A program made the position numbers and the translations under genes. From the IMG/VR virus record IMGVR_UViG_3300034068_001120, positions 38,842 through 102,841 of that record: a stretch of DNA of 64,000 nucleotides; one strand, given 5' to 3'. Below the pieces are notes generated by a model. That model was given only the letters and a program-made list of their open reading frames with translations, was not told the DNA's origin and made no database searches. Position 1 is the first letter of the stretch. Each line of letters begins with the position of its first letter. The stretch comes from a virus. Below, piece after piece: positions 1 through 9,548 of the stretch.

Positions 1-614
1 CCACCAAGAAGCGGTGTAGGTGCTGCAAACTCTGAACGATCATAATTAACATATCCATCAACCTGACGAATCTTTAACTTGAAATCAGCACCAGCCCAAA
101 AATCAAATGGATTGAGTGGCTTCTCATCTTGATATTGCGGATTCATTGCTTCCTGAATCTTTTCAAAAATCTTCTTGCCATACTTAAACAGGAAAACCTT
201 TCCTTCGTTTTCTGGATTCTTTGGATCTGATACAATATAGATGTTTGAAATGTAAGACAATCGACGCTTTCGATCTCGCGCAATATTCTTATCTGCATCA
301 CTACCACTTTGCCAAAGTTGTGAATTCATTTCAGAAACTGGATCTTTCAATCCAATACTTGTAAGAGAATTTTCAATATACCAACCACCTGTACCACGGA
401 ATCCGTGATTGTAAAGACGAGCCCAAGGCAAATCTTCGCCATCTGGTGCAGGCAACAATCTGATAATAGCATAACCATTATTCGTCTTGTCCAATGCAGG
501 TTTCCAAAAACGATCATCTTTATATGAATCGCTTTTCTTCACCATCTTTTCCATTTCATTTGCCAATGTTTGATACGCATTCTTTGAAGTATTCTTCAAA
601 TCTTTAAATCCCAT
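1..614 (-). CDS. gp32: T4 gp32-like single-stranded DNA-binding protein (runs off window start)
   Basis: Manual translation from ATG 614: MGFKDLKN...DDRFWKPALDKTNNGYAIIRLLPAPDGEDLPW...GGWYIENSLTSIG...NEGKVFLFKYGKKIFEKI...NPFDFWAGADFKLKIRQVDGYVNYD. GGAG SD upstream. Confidence 0.96.
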   Translation of the reverse strand, partial: MGFKDLKNTSKNAYQTLANEMEKMVKKSDSYKDDRFWKPALDKTNNGYAIIRLLPAPDGEDLPWARLYNHGFRGTGGWYIENSLTSIGLKDPVSEMNSQLWQSGSDADKNIARDRKRRLSYISNIYIVSDPKNPENEGKVFLFKYGKKIFEKIQEAMNPQYQDEKPLNPFDFWAGADFKLKIRQVDGYVNYDRSEFAAPTPLLG

Positions 615-677
615 AATAATCTCCTTGTTAATGTTACCGATCACTTATATTATATCACGAAAATCCAACAAGTCAAA

Positions 678-893
678 TCAAAGCGGCAATTTTGATGTTT
701 TCGGTAGCAAATTTAATTCTTGCCCCTCAATTTTAATTTTTTGAATTATTGGTTTGCTCAAAAACTTTGCCGCAACTTGCGGTTCAATACCAAATTGTTC
801 ACAAATTGCAATTACCGAATCAATGTACGATGCATTATGCATTTTTGCATATTTTTCTACTTCTTTAGGAAACCTAATATTATTAACTTCCAA
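678..893 (-). CDS. gp33: gp33-like late promoter transcription coactivator
   Basis: 71 aa, F..EVE....SYIDSV...CE..GIEP..AAK..SKPI..KI..E..ELNLL pattern; next to gp32. Confidence 0.82.
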   Translation of the reverse strand: MEVNNIRFPKEVEKYAKMHNASYIDSVIAICEQFGIEPQVAAKFLSKPIIQKIKIEGQELNLLPKTSKLPL

Positions 894-917
894 CTGGTGA
901 TGCTTTCTTGTTTGTAT

Positions 918-1112
918 CTAGACAAGATGCCTGTTGTGTCCTATTCTAGAGTTATTCTTTTTTTCGTACCCGTGAAACATTCCTTGCGTAAATCCTGTAT
1001 GTTTTCCACTTTGATATCCTCGATCATATGCAAATGCATACAGTTTGAGTGCTCCTGCAACGAACAAACAGATTGACGACATAATAATTGAGATGAGTGA
1101 TAGTGTTTCCAT
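918..1112 (-). CDS. small membrane protein
   Basis: N-terminal hydrophobic helix, then GY..G...GF..G repeats. Confidence 0.6.
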   Translation of the reverse strand: METLSLISIIMSSICLFVAGALKLYAFAYDRGYQSGKHTGFTQGMFHGYEKKNNSRIGHNRHLV

Positions 1113-1156
1113 ACCCGTATGTACTTTATCTCATATTCTGAACCATACCTTAACAA

Positions 1157-1231
1157 TGACTCTGTTGGGATTCGAACCCAAGTGTCCTCCTTGAAAGGGA
1201 GGTGTCCTAGACCAGACTAGACGACAGAGCC
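1157..1231 (-). tRNA. trnE: tRNA-Glu(UUC)
   Basis: Acceptor GGCTCTG/CAGAGTC, anticodon loop CT-TTC-AA, T-loop TTCGAAT; CCA not encoded. Confidence 0.93.
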
Positions 1232-1237
1232 GATCCT

Positions 1238-1699
1238 TTAGCGAACTCGGGCTTGACCATATCCATAGACTGGTTGTGGTGCGTAACAAGCAGATCCGAA
1301 TCCACTATATCCTCCTCCACAATCACCCTGATAGCCTGCATAACCACCCTGATAACCATTTCCGTTATAGTATCCTACACCATATCCGACTCCGTATCCT
1401 GCTCCATATCCATATCCAACCCCACCCCCATTAGGATACGAATTGTAGCCGTTCATGGAACCAAATCCCCATGATCCTCCGCCACCTTGTGTACCAATCA
1501 TAACAGCAGGATTGGTGGCACTTACGACTTGTTCGCTTGTGTAATTTGGATTGTATCCGTAACCACTGCTTCGATTGGTATAGGTTGTCGTCGAACCATC
1601 TGCATTTTTTACTTCTTTGACAATATCAGTTTTTTGAATTTGACATCCAACACCAATACTAATTACTGTTGCAAATGAGATAATATTTTGAAGTTTCAT
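1238..1699 (-). CDS. putative lipoprotein with Gly/Tyr-rich tail
   Basis: Signal peptide ending IGVGC; C-terminal GYG repeats. Confidence 0.65.
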   Translation of the reverse strand: MKLQNIISFATVISIGVGCQIQKTDIVKEVKNADGSTTTYTNRSSGYGYNPNYTSEQVVSATNPAVMIGTQGGGGSWGFGSMNGYNSYPNGGGVGYGYGAGYGVGYGVGYYNGNGYQGGYAGYQGDCGGGYSGFGSACYAPQPVYGYGQARVR

Positions 1700-1942
1700 A
1701 TAGTCCTTTTGTTGTTTTACTGTTCAATCCTACACCCTAATAGTATATACCAAATTACTGCGTTGTCAAGTTTTTTTGGATGGTTTCTTTATTTGATTTG
1801 AATCTATGGCAGAATTACTCTTTGCCATGGTTTTCTGGGTTATTTTTGTGATAGCGGCCCGTAGAAGCATATTTTTAAATACGTCTAGTCCTTTGGGTTT
1901 TCCCACATAACTATTTATGATTTTGCATATTTACAAAATGCC

Positions 1943-2779
1943 TTATTCTACCGGCGTATTTGGCTCTTTTACCGATGTTCTCTTGGCAAATTTGTTTGCA
2001 GAATCAATATTATCAAAATATTCAAACTTGCCATTTCTGTCTTTGGCACCCCAAATACCACTACTAGTTTTCCAAACAGACTGCAAGGCATGGTATTTTG
2101 GATCATGATACTCTCCAGCCTGTTTGCCAATTTTTGGTTTTTTGTTTTCTGTACCCTTGGTTGGAGCATATAGTTTAGCATTGCCAGAGTTGGCTGGTAG
2201 ATAGTCTGTTGGCGATGCCTTTGTCTGGGTCTTGGATCGATCTGGAGGCGTTTCTTCTCCTGTTTTGGCTCCAGACCCTCCAGACTCTAAAGCAGAAAAG
2301 AAATCAGTTACTTTATGCTTTGCCAATTCTAAGTTATCTTGTCCTTCACCCTTCTCAAACTTCATTAATACTTTACCTATTCCCTTGGTTTCGTTGGTGG
2401 AAATATAATAAAAATTTATTGAATTCTTAAACATAACCAAAGGTTGATCAAATTGACGACCCAAAGTTATAATTTGTGTTTTTGTGATATTTGGCACCAT
2501 TAAACTCTTTTCAGATACATCATTGCCTTCTTTTTTAGAAGAACTACACAATTCAATATAACCGTATCCCATATCAATTACTTTTGATTTTAATTCATCA
2601 TGAGTTTGTGCATTGATTTCTTCGGTTGCCTTGCTTTGAAAACTAGAAACTATACCAAAATCTCTACTATCATCTGCCACTAAATCAAAAACAGCAGACA
2701 ATCTCTTTTTGGTGGGATTACTGGTTTCCATCGCCTCAGATAGTGTGCACTTATTAAAATATTGCGTGAATTTCTTCAT
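1943..2779 (-). CDS. late protein with capsid-targeting-like N-terminus, DUF3293-like middle domain and small C-terminal WK..G.WG domain
   Basis: Starts MKKFTQYF...LSE; FGIVSSF...ELK....MGYGYI...EKSLMVPN...LGRQFDQ; TATAAATA upstream. Confidence 0.55.
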   Translation of the reverse strand: MKKFTQYFNKCTLSEAMETSNPTKKRLSAVFDLVADDSRDFGIVSSFQSKATEEINAQTHDELKSKVIDMGYGYIELCSSSKKEGNDVSEKSLMVPNITKTQIITLGRQFDQPLVMFKNSINFYYISTNETKGIGKVLMKFEKGEGQDNLELAKHKVTDFFSALESGGSGAKTGEETPPDRSKTQTKASPTDYLPANSGNAKLYAPTKGTENKKPKIGKQAGEYHDPKYHALQSVWKTSSGIWGAKDRNGKFEYFDNIDSANKFAKRTSVKEPNTPVE

Positions 2780-2789
2780 GGGATCCTCT

Positions 2790-2797
2790 TATTTATA
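2790..2797 (-). promoter_or_regulatory. T4-type late promoter TATAAATA
   Basis: Exact match 10 nt upstream of ATG 2779; gp33 is in the window. Confidence 0.7.
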
Positions 2798-2825
2798 TAG
2801 AGGATATATTTTTCAACCATTACAA

Positions 2826-2885
2826 AAGCGATGGAGGGAATCGAACCCTCAGTAATGCGTACAAGACCCACCTTGCAGCATCGCC
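2826..2885 (-). ncRNA. tRNA-like RNA lacking an anticodon arm
   Basis: Acceptor GGCGATG/CATCGCT and T-arm GAGGG-TTCGATT-CCCTC, with only 28 nt (one hairpin) between them. Confidence 0.6.
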
Positions 2886-2895
2886 TCACATCAAA

Positions 2896-3189
2896 TTATC
2901 GAGCAGACATTGCCATATTACTGGCAGTGTTCATCGTACGACTTGATGTATATGCACGATACTCTCGAAGACCCTTCTTGGTAATCTTCATGCTGTATGA
3001 AGTAAAACCCGAACTATTCTTCGTAGTCGTGATAGAATAGAATCCATAAGAATCTCCCATCTTCTTAATTGACGAAATCAATGATCGGAAGTTCTTCACT
3101 CCAAAGCGAGTCTTTGCCTGAGCAGCAGTGAATGATCGTCCTTCAAAAAGACATTCCAAAACTCGAACGGTATTGTTTACCTTTGACAT
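2896..3189 (-). CDS. winged-helix-like DNA-binding protein
   Basis: VLECLFEGRSFTAAQAKTRFGVKNFRSLISSIKKMG resembles phage wHTH; GGAG SD. Confidence 0.55.
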   Translation of the reverse strand: MSKVNNTVRVLECLFEGRSFTAAQAKTRFGVKNFRSLISSIKKMGDSYGFYSITTTKNSSGFTSYSMKITKKGLREYRAYTSSRTMNTASNMAMSAR

Positions 3190-3297
3190 AATAAATCTCC
3201 AACGGCCTCATGTTGTACGCATTAAATCTGGCCAAAATTCAATGCGTTTATGTGATCAATGTGGCAAGAAAATGACACACGTCAAATGTTTTTATTA

Positions 3298-3546
3298 TTA
3301 GTTCAGTCCCCATACAGAAAGACTAGCAGCAGAAAACGAAACTCCTGCTACTTGTATGGGTATTAGTTGAGTTGATATTGCAGGAATATGTATTCGCTGT
3401 GCGCTTGTCTGTCCTGCAAAAGTTGCACCATAAGTATATAAATCTAGATGAGTTGGTCCTGATGGAGTTGTGCATTCCACAAAAATGCCTTTGCATTTAA
3501 CCGTTGCATTAGTTGTAAGCAGTGTTAATTTAGAATAGATGTCCAT
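3298..3546 (-). CDS. small beta-rich protein, paralog of 3559..3813 (possible capsid decoration)
   Basis: Shares YSK, LDLY.Y, RIH.P, PI.VAGVSF...LSVW with its neighbour. Confidence 0.6.
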   Translation of the reverse strand: MDIYSKLTLLTTNATVKCKGIFVECTTPSGPTHLDLYTYGATFAGQTSAQRIHIPAISTQLIPIQVAGVSFSAASLSVWGLN

Positions 3547-3558
3547 GGTATGCTCCTA

Positions 3559-3813
3559 TTAAGACAACGACCATACACTTAAATTTGCACCAGCAAAAGA
3601 AACTCCTGCTACTTTTATTGGAAGTATCTGAAATGATGAGATTGGTACATGAATTCTAACACTTGATGTTACACCAGTAGAAGTATAAGCATAAAGATCT
3701 AATGTAGTTCCACCAGCAGGGGTGTTATTAATATTATCAATCATTAATCCTTTAGATCCACTGACAAATTGATTTGTTACTAACGGACTGACTTTTGAAT
3801 ATTTATCGTACAT
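3559..3813 (-). CDS. small beta-rich protein, paralog of 3298..3546
   Basis: Tandem duplicate; late-promoter-like TAAATA upstream. Confidence 0.6.
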   Translation of the reverse strand: MYDKYSKVSPLVTNQFVSGSKGLMIDNINNTPAGGTTLDLYAYTSTGVTSSVRIHVPISSFQILPIKVAGVSFAGANLSVWSLS

Positions 3814-3860
3814 TATTGGATCTCCTTGCTCTATTTAGACAACGAAGTACATGGCGAATA

Positions 3861-4232
3861 TCAGGTAGTTTTGTACTTTGTTTTCCACGCTTCTAACGAA
3901 ATGCATCTGGGTCTTTGAGACTTATCACACCAATACCACCAAGAATTTGATTTATTAGCCAAAAACCACAATAACGCACCATCTTGTCCGCATCCACCAA
4001 TTGCATCTTCCCACAAAATTACATCCAAACCATCTTCCCATTCTGTGCCATATGTTTGAAGAGATATGCCTGTCATTATTTTAAGCATAATCTGGTTAAG
4101 TGCTTCTTTTTCGCTTATTTTTATTAGGATTGGTTCTTGTGTTTGTGCCTTTGGTTTTTTTAAAAACAGCGTCCCAATTGCGCGACCAAATTTTTGGATC
4201 AACCCACCTGTATGCGTCACCTTTTCCTGCAT
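3861..4232 (-). CDS. hypothetical protein
   Basis: 123-aa ORF with AAAGGA SD. Confidence 0.6.
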   Translation of the reverse strand: MQEKVTHTGGLIQKFGRAIGTLFLKKPKAQTQEPILIKISEKEALNQIMLKIMTGISLQTYGTEWEDGLDVILWEDAIGGCGQDGALLWFLANKSNSWWYWCDKSQRPRCISLEAWKTKYKTT

Positions 4233-4249
4233 TATTCTTTCCTTTCACG

Positions 4250-4507
4250 TCAAACCTGCATGCCACTTTGAACTAACTGCATAATTTCTCTTGCACACGG
4301 AGACAACCACAGATTTCGGGATTCTATTTCCCAATCATTGAATGCTCTATACAATAAGGCTTCTAATACTTCATCGGTATCTATTCGTGATATAATTCTA
4401 TCTTTGGGAGGAAGAGTTGGTTCCATAAGACCCAACAACCAAATGCCATCTACATCATAATCAATGAACGGATATAAACCAGACGATTCAATATACTCTC
4501 TCGACAT
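4250..4507 (-). CDS. hypothetical protein
   Basis: 85-aa ORF with SD. Confidence 0.55.
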   Translation of the reverse strand: MSREYIESSGLYPFIDYDVDGIWLLGLMEPTLPPKDRIISRIDTDEVLEALLYRAFNDWEIESRNLWLSPCAREIMQLVQSGMQV

Positions 4508-4545
4508 ATTATTATTTTCCTTTTAAAAATTAATACAATACAAAA

Positions 4546-4616
4546 TAGGCAGTTCAGGTGTTGATCCTGATTGAACCCGTTATAAGCGGGTCTGCGAAGC
4601 CGTCCGCCCACCGCCC
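4546..4616 (-). tRNA. trnI: atypical tRNA-Ile(UAU)
   Basis: Acceptor GGGCGGT/ACTGCCT, D-arm GCGGA-CGGC-TTCGC, anticodon arm ACCCG-CT TAT AA-CGGGT, T-arm TCAGG-ATCAACA-CCTGA (non-canonical loop). Confidence 0.72.
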
Positions 4617-4620
4617 AATA

Positions 4621-4842
4621 TTATTTACTCAATACGCTTTTCTTATTTCCAACATGACCATTAGTATTTTTCATAAAATAGTTGCTTTGTTGTCTGTCCA
4701 AATCATTGCCAAGTCGATACTGAACCACCAACTCACTATCTATCACAGATGCCAGATCTTTCAATATTTTTGTGGATAAATCTGTTGCAGTTTTTTCATC
4801 TGCACCTACTGGAATATCAATATGTAATCTAAATTGTGACAT
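4621..4842 (-). CDS. hypothetical protein, likely leaderless
   Basis: TTGACA (4870-75)-N16-TATACT (4848-53) ends 5 nt before ATG 4842 (MSQFRLH). Confidence 0.6.
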   Translation of the reverse strand: MSQFRLHIDIPVGADEKTATDLSTKILKDLASVIDSELVVQYRLGNDLDRQQSNYFMKNTNGHVGNKKSVLSK

Positions 4843-4898
4843 GCTAAAGTATACACCATTATCGGACCTTGTCAAGTACAAGGCACCAAAATCAATAT

Positions 4899-5096
4899 TT
4901 AATCTGCGCCTTCATCCACATTATTTATTTTATCCATAAGATCAACTGCACGCGTTGCTTTTCTCAGTCGAACCATTGTAACGGCTAAGTCTTTCCATCC
5001 AATGGTGTCCAACAAATACGCTTCATAAGACGAAATAACCGCAGAGGATGCCTTGGTCAATTCAACATATAAATCTCGTTCTAATTTCTTGGCCAT
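4899..5096 (-). CDS. hypothetical protein
   Basis: 65-aa ORF tightly packed in the operon. Confidence 0.55.
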   Translation of the reverse strand: MAKKLERDLYVELTKASSAVISSYEAYLLDTIGWKDLAVTMVRLRKATRAVDLMDKINNVDEGAD

Positions 5097-5099
5097 TGT

Positions 5100-5414
5100 T
5101 TACGCCTTTTTAAAAAAGTTAACCAAACGATAAAACCATGTATGTGTAGGTTGTGGACTGTTTAATACCTTTCGCTTTTCTTCTTGGTACTCCATGATCA
5201 TTTCCATTTTTAATAATTCATGAATCTGTGCTGGCATTATAACTCGAATATCTTTGGAATACTTAATCTTTGCAAACATGATTAACTCATAAATTTGAAG
5301 GGATTTTAATACTACTTCCCATTGTTCTCCTCCATTAAAAGATTCATATATTCCGTAGTAGGTGCCACGGGAATCTATCTCTATCATATCAATACCTAAG
5401 ATATGTTGTTCCAT
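5100..5414 (-). CDS. hypothetical protein
   Basis: 104-aa ORF with GAGGAG SD. Confidence 0.6.
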   Translation of the reverse strand: MEQHILGIDMIEIDSRGTYYGIYESFNGGEQWEVVLKSLQIYELIMFAKIKYSKDIRVIMPAQIHELLKMEMIMEYQEEKRKVLNSPQPTHTWFYRLVNFFKKA

Positions 5415-5457
5415 ATAGATCTCCTCAAGGATATTTATCTAATAAGTGAGGTTGGAA

Positions 5458-5540
5458 TGCGGAACAAGGGACTCGAACCCTTATGCGCGGGGCGCACAAA
5501 ATTTTAAATTTTGCATGTATACCAATTCCATCAGTTCCGC
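5458..5540 (-). tRNA. trnL: tRNA-Leu(UAA)
   Basis: Acceptor GCGGAAC/GTTCCGC, anticodon arm CAAAA-TT TAA AA-TTTTG, long variable arm, T-loop TTCGAGT. Confidence 0.93.
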
Positions 5541-5546
5541 AAATGA

Positions 5547-5894
5547 TTATATCAAGAATTCGTGATCTACTCGTGGTACTTCGTAGTATCGTCTAATGTT
5601 CCAGAACTTTGCTAGTGCACGTTCCCAACAAGCACCCTTACTGAATTGAAATCCTGCTAACATATAAATTGCATCGCAAGTAGCCAGAACCTGAATATCA
5701 CGTCTGGCGCAATCTTGGTATTCCCATTCTCCTTGATTCTCTGGTTTTAATCCAGCATCTTTATCTAATCTAGCAGGATTAATGACATCCCATCCAGCAG
5801 CCAAAAGTTGCGTTTCTTTTGAAAAAAACGCATCCCAATTGTTGTTTGGAAATCCTGTCATGGGTCCTGCAATATATATTTTTGGCTTTTTCAT
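5547..5894 (-). CDS. DUF4406 / nucleoside 2-deoxyribosyltransferase-like protein
   Basis: KIYIAGPMTG..N...F, VINPA, CDAIYML.G...SKGA..E...A. Confidence 0.85.
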   Translation of the reverse strand: MKKPKIYIAGPMTGFPNNNWDAFFSKETQLLAAGWDVINPARLDKDAGLKPENQGEWEYQDCARRDIQVLATCDAIYMLAGFQFSKGACWERALAKFWNIRRYYEVPRVDHEFLI

Positions 5895-5995
5895 AAAATT
5901 AATCTCAAAGTAGCCGATGTATGTAGATCATTAATTTGGAGAATTTGAATTTAAATACATACTATAGATCAGAATCTATTAAATAGGAATATCAT

Positions 5996-6565
5996 ATGAT
6001 ACCATTCAAATCGTTTAACTCAAAGCAAATTACAGAATCAGAAACCAATTATAGTGAGTTTGTTTCTGTGTTAGCCGAAGAATACGAAATGAGTGTGGAA
6101 GAAGTTGAAACACTTATCGAAGATGTGGTCAAAGAAAAAAATAGATATCGTATTGCTGGATCCAAGAATAGACCACATCGTGTGGACAGAAATTATATAA
6201 AGAAAAAATATAAACGAGCGGGTTTCGTGCGAGCCAAAAAGTATATTCTTGATAAAAAGGGAAGAAGACTACGATTAGATACTCCAAAAGAAGCAAGATA
6301 CAGAACAGCAACGGCTCAGAAAATGAAAAATTTGGATAAGGGTGGTGACTACCATGGTCTCGAACAAGTGACAAGTAGAACGCTAAAGAAGATGAGTCGT
6401 ATGTCTAAATCACCAAAGAAGAAAGACAATTCGGCGATGAGAGCGTTCATTGCTCGATCTGCTGCAATTAAATACAAAAAAACCAAAAGAACAAAGCCAG
6501 TGGTAAAGAAATTAAAGAAGAAAACGTCAAGTCAACCTAGACGACTAGCATCGGCTTCCAGATAA
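5996..6565 (+). CDS. basic putative internal head protein
   Basis: Starts MIPFKSF...ITE; acidic N-terminal quarter, very K/R-rich remainder; TAAATA upstream. Confidence 0.55.
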   Translation: MIPFKSFNSKQITESETNYSEFVSVLAEEYEMSVEEVETLIEDVVKEKNRYRIAGSKNRPHRVDRNYIKKKYKRAGFVRAKKYILDKKGRRLRLDTPKEARYRTATAQKMKNLDKGGDYHGLEQVTSRTLKKMSRMSKSPKKKDNSAMRAFIARSAAIKYKKTKRTKPVVKKLKKKTSSQPRRLASASR

Positions 6566-6573
6566 TTAAAATG

Positions 6574-8022
6574 TTATGAAGGAAACGGAGATCCCGAATT
6601 GGTCTCTATGGTTATACCAGATGCGAATGTGGTATTAGCCAAGGCGGCTTCGGTTATTCTTATTCCGTAGTAACCAGCAGAAGGAACATAGGTAGAGCCT
6701 ATTCCTGCTCCAGGAACCAACTCATCGTTTACGGGACTCAATCGTACTAAACCGCCGAGATCTGCGCCTGCTGAAGATGATATTCTACCGTTAGTACAAA
6801 TAACTCCTTGTTGACCAAATATAGAAGTAGAATCAACTACTAGTCTTCCAGATGCCAAAGAAAAATCTGAAAGCGTAACAGTTCCTCGCAATTTAACCAA
6901 AGGAGCACCTGTCTGTGTACCCGATCCCAAGGTGGCAAATTTAAAATCTGTATTGGCTGCTGGCTCTGCTTCCGTTGGATTAGTTCCTAATATAACGGTA
7001 TATGGCAAAATAGTACCAAGAGATATTCCTTGCGCTCGAAGAGCACTATTCAATGTAAGATCTGCATATGATGCTGCGTTTTGAGGAGAAAGTGCGTTCG
7101 TGTCTCCATTTCTACGAATAGACGAACTAAGTGTATATGTACTGGCTACCGATGCATCAAAACATCTAATATTTGGTGATATTGTTATAAAATTCAATCC
7201 GCTCGATGAGCCATAAGGTATAGTTGTGTTAAATATTTGTCCAAGTAAATTTACTGGACACGACGCAGTAACACCAGAATCTTCTATAATAGTAAATAAT
7301 GGTGATATTTTTAGTTCATTCAATACTATGCCACTTTGAATCAATAGAGATTTAGCAGTACCGCCTTCAATGCGAAGTGCCGTTTGTAATTTCCATGGTC
7401 TATCTGTTATAGAAAATGCAGGTCCATTAAAATACGATTCGCCTGCAGGAGCAACTCGTGTAAATGTTATTGGAGTATTTGCGCCCTTTGGAACTATATT
7501 AATATCGTATGCACCGTCATTTGTATCGTAAATATATGTTGCACTTCCTGCACTGACTCCTAATGGATATCCTACCAAATTAGCAGCGGTATATCCAATT
7601 GTTTCTGTTATTGAAGAGTTTCCCAAAGTTGGTCCACCGACTCTGGCATGTCCAAATAATCCAGTTTCTAATGGCAATCCGTCGGTACTATAATTATTGA
7701 ATGGTCCTATGGTTACAACAGATGCAGAGAGTATGGCATTTGAACTATTCAAACAAGGACTTAGTACATAAGTGTATGCACCCGTTCCAGTTACCCCAGA
7801 TAAAGTACTACCCAAAGTAGGAAATCGGTCTGATATGAATACTGTATCGGCTACTCCAGGAATTCCTGTTGCTCCAGTAACGCCTGAACCAACTGTACCA
7901 ATACTATATGCCCAATTAGCACTCGCTCCTATGCTCGTTGCAGCAATCCATGCAACATATGATTCGCCTGTTGTACCTTTAGGGAATCCTGCAGCCGAAC
8001 CTTTCCAATAATACTTTGCCAT
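6574..8022 (-). CDS. Gly/Ser/Thr-rich putative virion or surface protein
   Basis: MAKYYWKG...ANW...GIPGVADTVFI; beta-helix-like composition; N-terminal layout similar to 8044..9420. Confidence 0.6.
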   Translation of the reverse strand: MAKYYWKGSAAGFPKGTTGESYVAWIAATSIGASANWAYSIGTVGSGVTGATGIPGVADTVFISDRFPTLGSTLSGVTGTGAYTYVLSPCLNSSNAILSASVVTIGPFNNYSTDGLPLETGLFGHARVGGPTLGNSSITETIGYTAANLVGYPLGVSAGSATYIYDTNDGAYDINIVPKGANTPITFTRVAPAGESYFNGPAFSITDRPWKLQTALRIEGGTAKSLLIQSGIVLNELKISPLFTIIEDSGVTASCPVNLLGQIFNTTIPYGSSSGLNFITISPNIRCFDASVASTYTLSSSIRRNGDTNALSPQNAASYADLTLNSALRAQGISLGTILPYTVILGTNPTEAEPAANTDFKFATLGSGTQTGAPLVKLRGTVTLSDFSLASGRLVVDSTSIFGQQGVICTNGRISSSAGADLGGLVRLSPVNDELVPGAGIGSTYVPSAGYYGIRITEAALANTTFASGITIETNSGSPFPS

Positions 8023-8043
8023 TTAATATTCTCCTAGAATTCT

Positions 8044-9420
8044 TTAACCAGATATAGTGCTATTGGGATGAGGAATGAATGTACATGTCGAAGATTCTAT
8101 TTTTAGTCCTGCTGCACCAGTCCAACCGTATGCAAGAGCAGAACCACCCAGTATTAACGGAACGGTTCCAGTGATACCATAAAATCCTGTTGATGGTCGT
8201 CTTAAATCTAAACTGGAGTGTCCGCGCAAAATACCTGATTTAATGTTAATTGTATCTTGAGCATTTGAATTACTCAATATATTCATATGAGAATCTTCCA
8301 GTAACATATCATTAATAAAACAAGCACCCTGTATTACTATATCTGCTTCTCCTCCAGCTACATTTGAGGTATTATCTTCCCATAAATTATAATATAATGG
8401 AGTTGTGCTTAATGAAGATGCAGTAGTTCCAACAGGATTACCAATATAAATCGTATATGCGCCTGCTGTTGTTGATGGTGGCTGAGTTTTATTAAACTTA
8501 ATGCCTTTGAAGTTCTGATAATCATTTGCAGAAGACGCAGAACGATCATTTGTTGTTGATCCCACCGTGCAATTTATAATTATTGCCGTGGTTATTCCTG
8601 TAAAATGGTTTAGCAAATTAATAGACATGTTATCACAGGTAGATCCCAATGGAAAATATACAGATCCAGGCTGTCCTTTGATTTCGAATGTATTAACTGT
8701 AGTAGCAGCAGCAACATTTACATCACCAAACCAATAACCATATCCATTTGGCTGAGTCGCAGTAGAAGTAACAAACTCTGGCGTAGTCCATTTTCCAATT
8801 TTTCCGGAAAGAGTTACATTCCATCTGTGCTTTGAAAAATTTGCTGTGCTGTTGGTATTATATGACACCACCGAAGATATTTGATTGTAACTACTAGCCG
8901 TATATCCACCATTAACAATGCCCTTATATCCAACATTCCAATAATCTGGGTTAGTCAACATCCAAGTATCGTCTATTAATTCTAAAGATGAATACTGCCA
9001 AAATAAAGGCATAGAAACATCAGAATTAAAAGAAAATTTAGAATAGGTGTATCCCTCAGCAGGAGATCCAATTACTCCTACATTTAAATTAAATAGAGGT
9101 CCTGTAGCAGTCAATCCAGAAGTAGATCCTGCACTCACCCAGTAATAAGTAGTGCCAGTTATGCTCATGCCACCAGTCGCACAATTAGCCATAATTGGTG
9201 CCAGATTAACAGTAGAATATCCTTGTACTGGATAGGGTACTACATTATTAATATAAACACTATCACCCGCCCATGGTGATCTTCCACTTGGTATTAGTTG
9301 GGTAAAATGTGGATTTCCACCAGTTCCGCCAATAATTTGTGGGGTAACCCAATTTTGGGCAGTATTCCAATCTCCGCCACTAGTCCCTGCTGTATTTCCT
9401 AACCAATACAATACTGCCAT
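8044..9420 (-). CDS. Gly/Ser/Thr-rich putative virion or surface protein
   Basis: MAVLYWLG...GDWNTAQNW...P.AGDSVYI. Confidence 0.6.
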   Translation of the reverse strand: MAVLYWLGNTAGTSGGDWNTAQNWVTPQIIGGTGGNPHFTQLIPSGRSPWAGDSVYINNVVPYPVQGYSTVNLAPIMANCATGGMSITGTTYYWVSAGSTSGLTATGPLFNLNVGVIGSPAEGYTYSKFSFNSDVSMPLFWQYSSLELIDDTWMLTNPDYWNVGYKGIVNGGYTASSYNQISSVVSYNTNSTANFSKHRWNVTLSGKIGKWTTPEFVTSTATQPNGYGYWFGDVNVAAATTVNTFEIKGQPGSVYFPLGSTCDNMSINLLNHFTGITTAIIINCTVGSTTNDRSASSANDYQNFKGIKFNKTQPPSTTAGAYTIYIGNPVGTTASSLSTTPLYYNLWEDNTSNVAGGEADIVIQGACFINDMLLEDSHMNILSNSNAQDTINIKSGILRGHSSLDLRRPSTGFYGITGTVPLILGGSALAYGWTGAAGLKIESSTCTFIPHPNSTISG

Positions 9421-9548
9421 TTGTGTCCTCTAAAAAGGGAAAGTGAGTGTTACCGCTTCCCTCTATGTAGACACAAATATATTTTGTATATTTACAAAAC
9501 ACCCCAAGTCAGGTAAATAACGCAATAATTGATCAAAAAATACAATAT

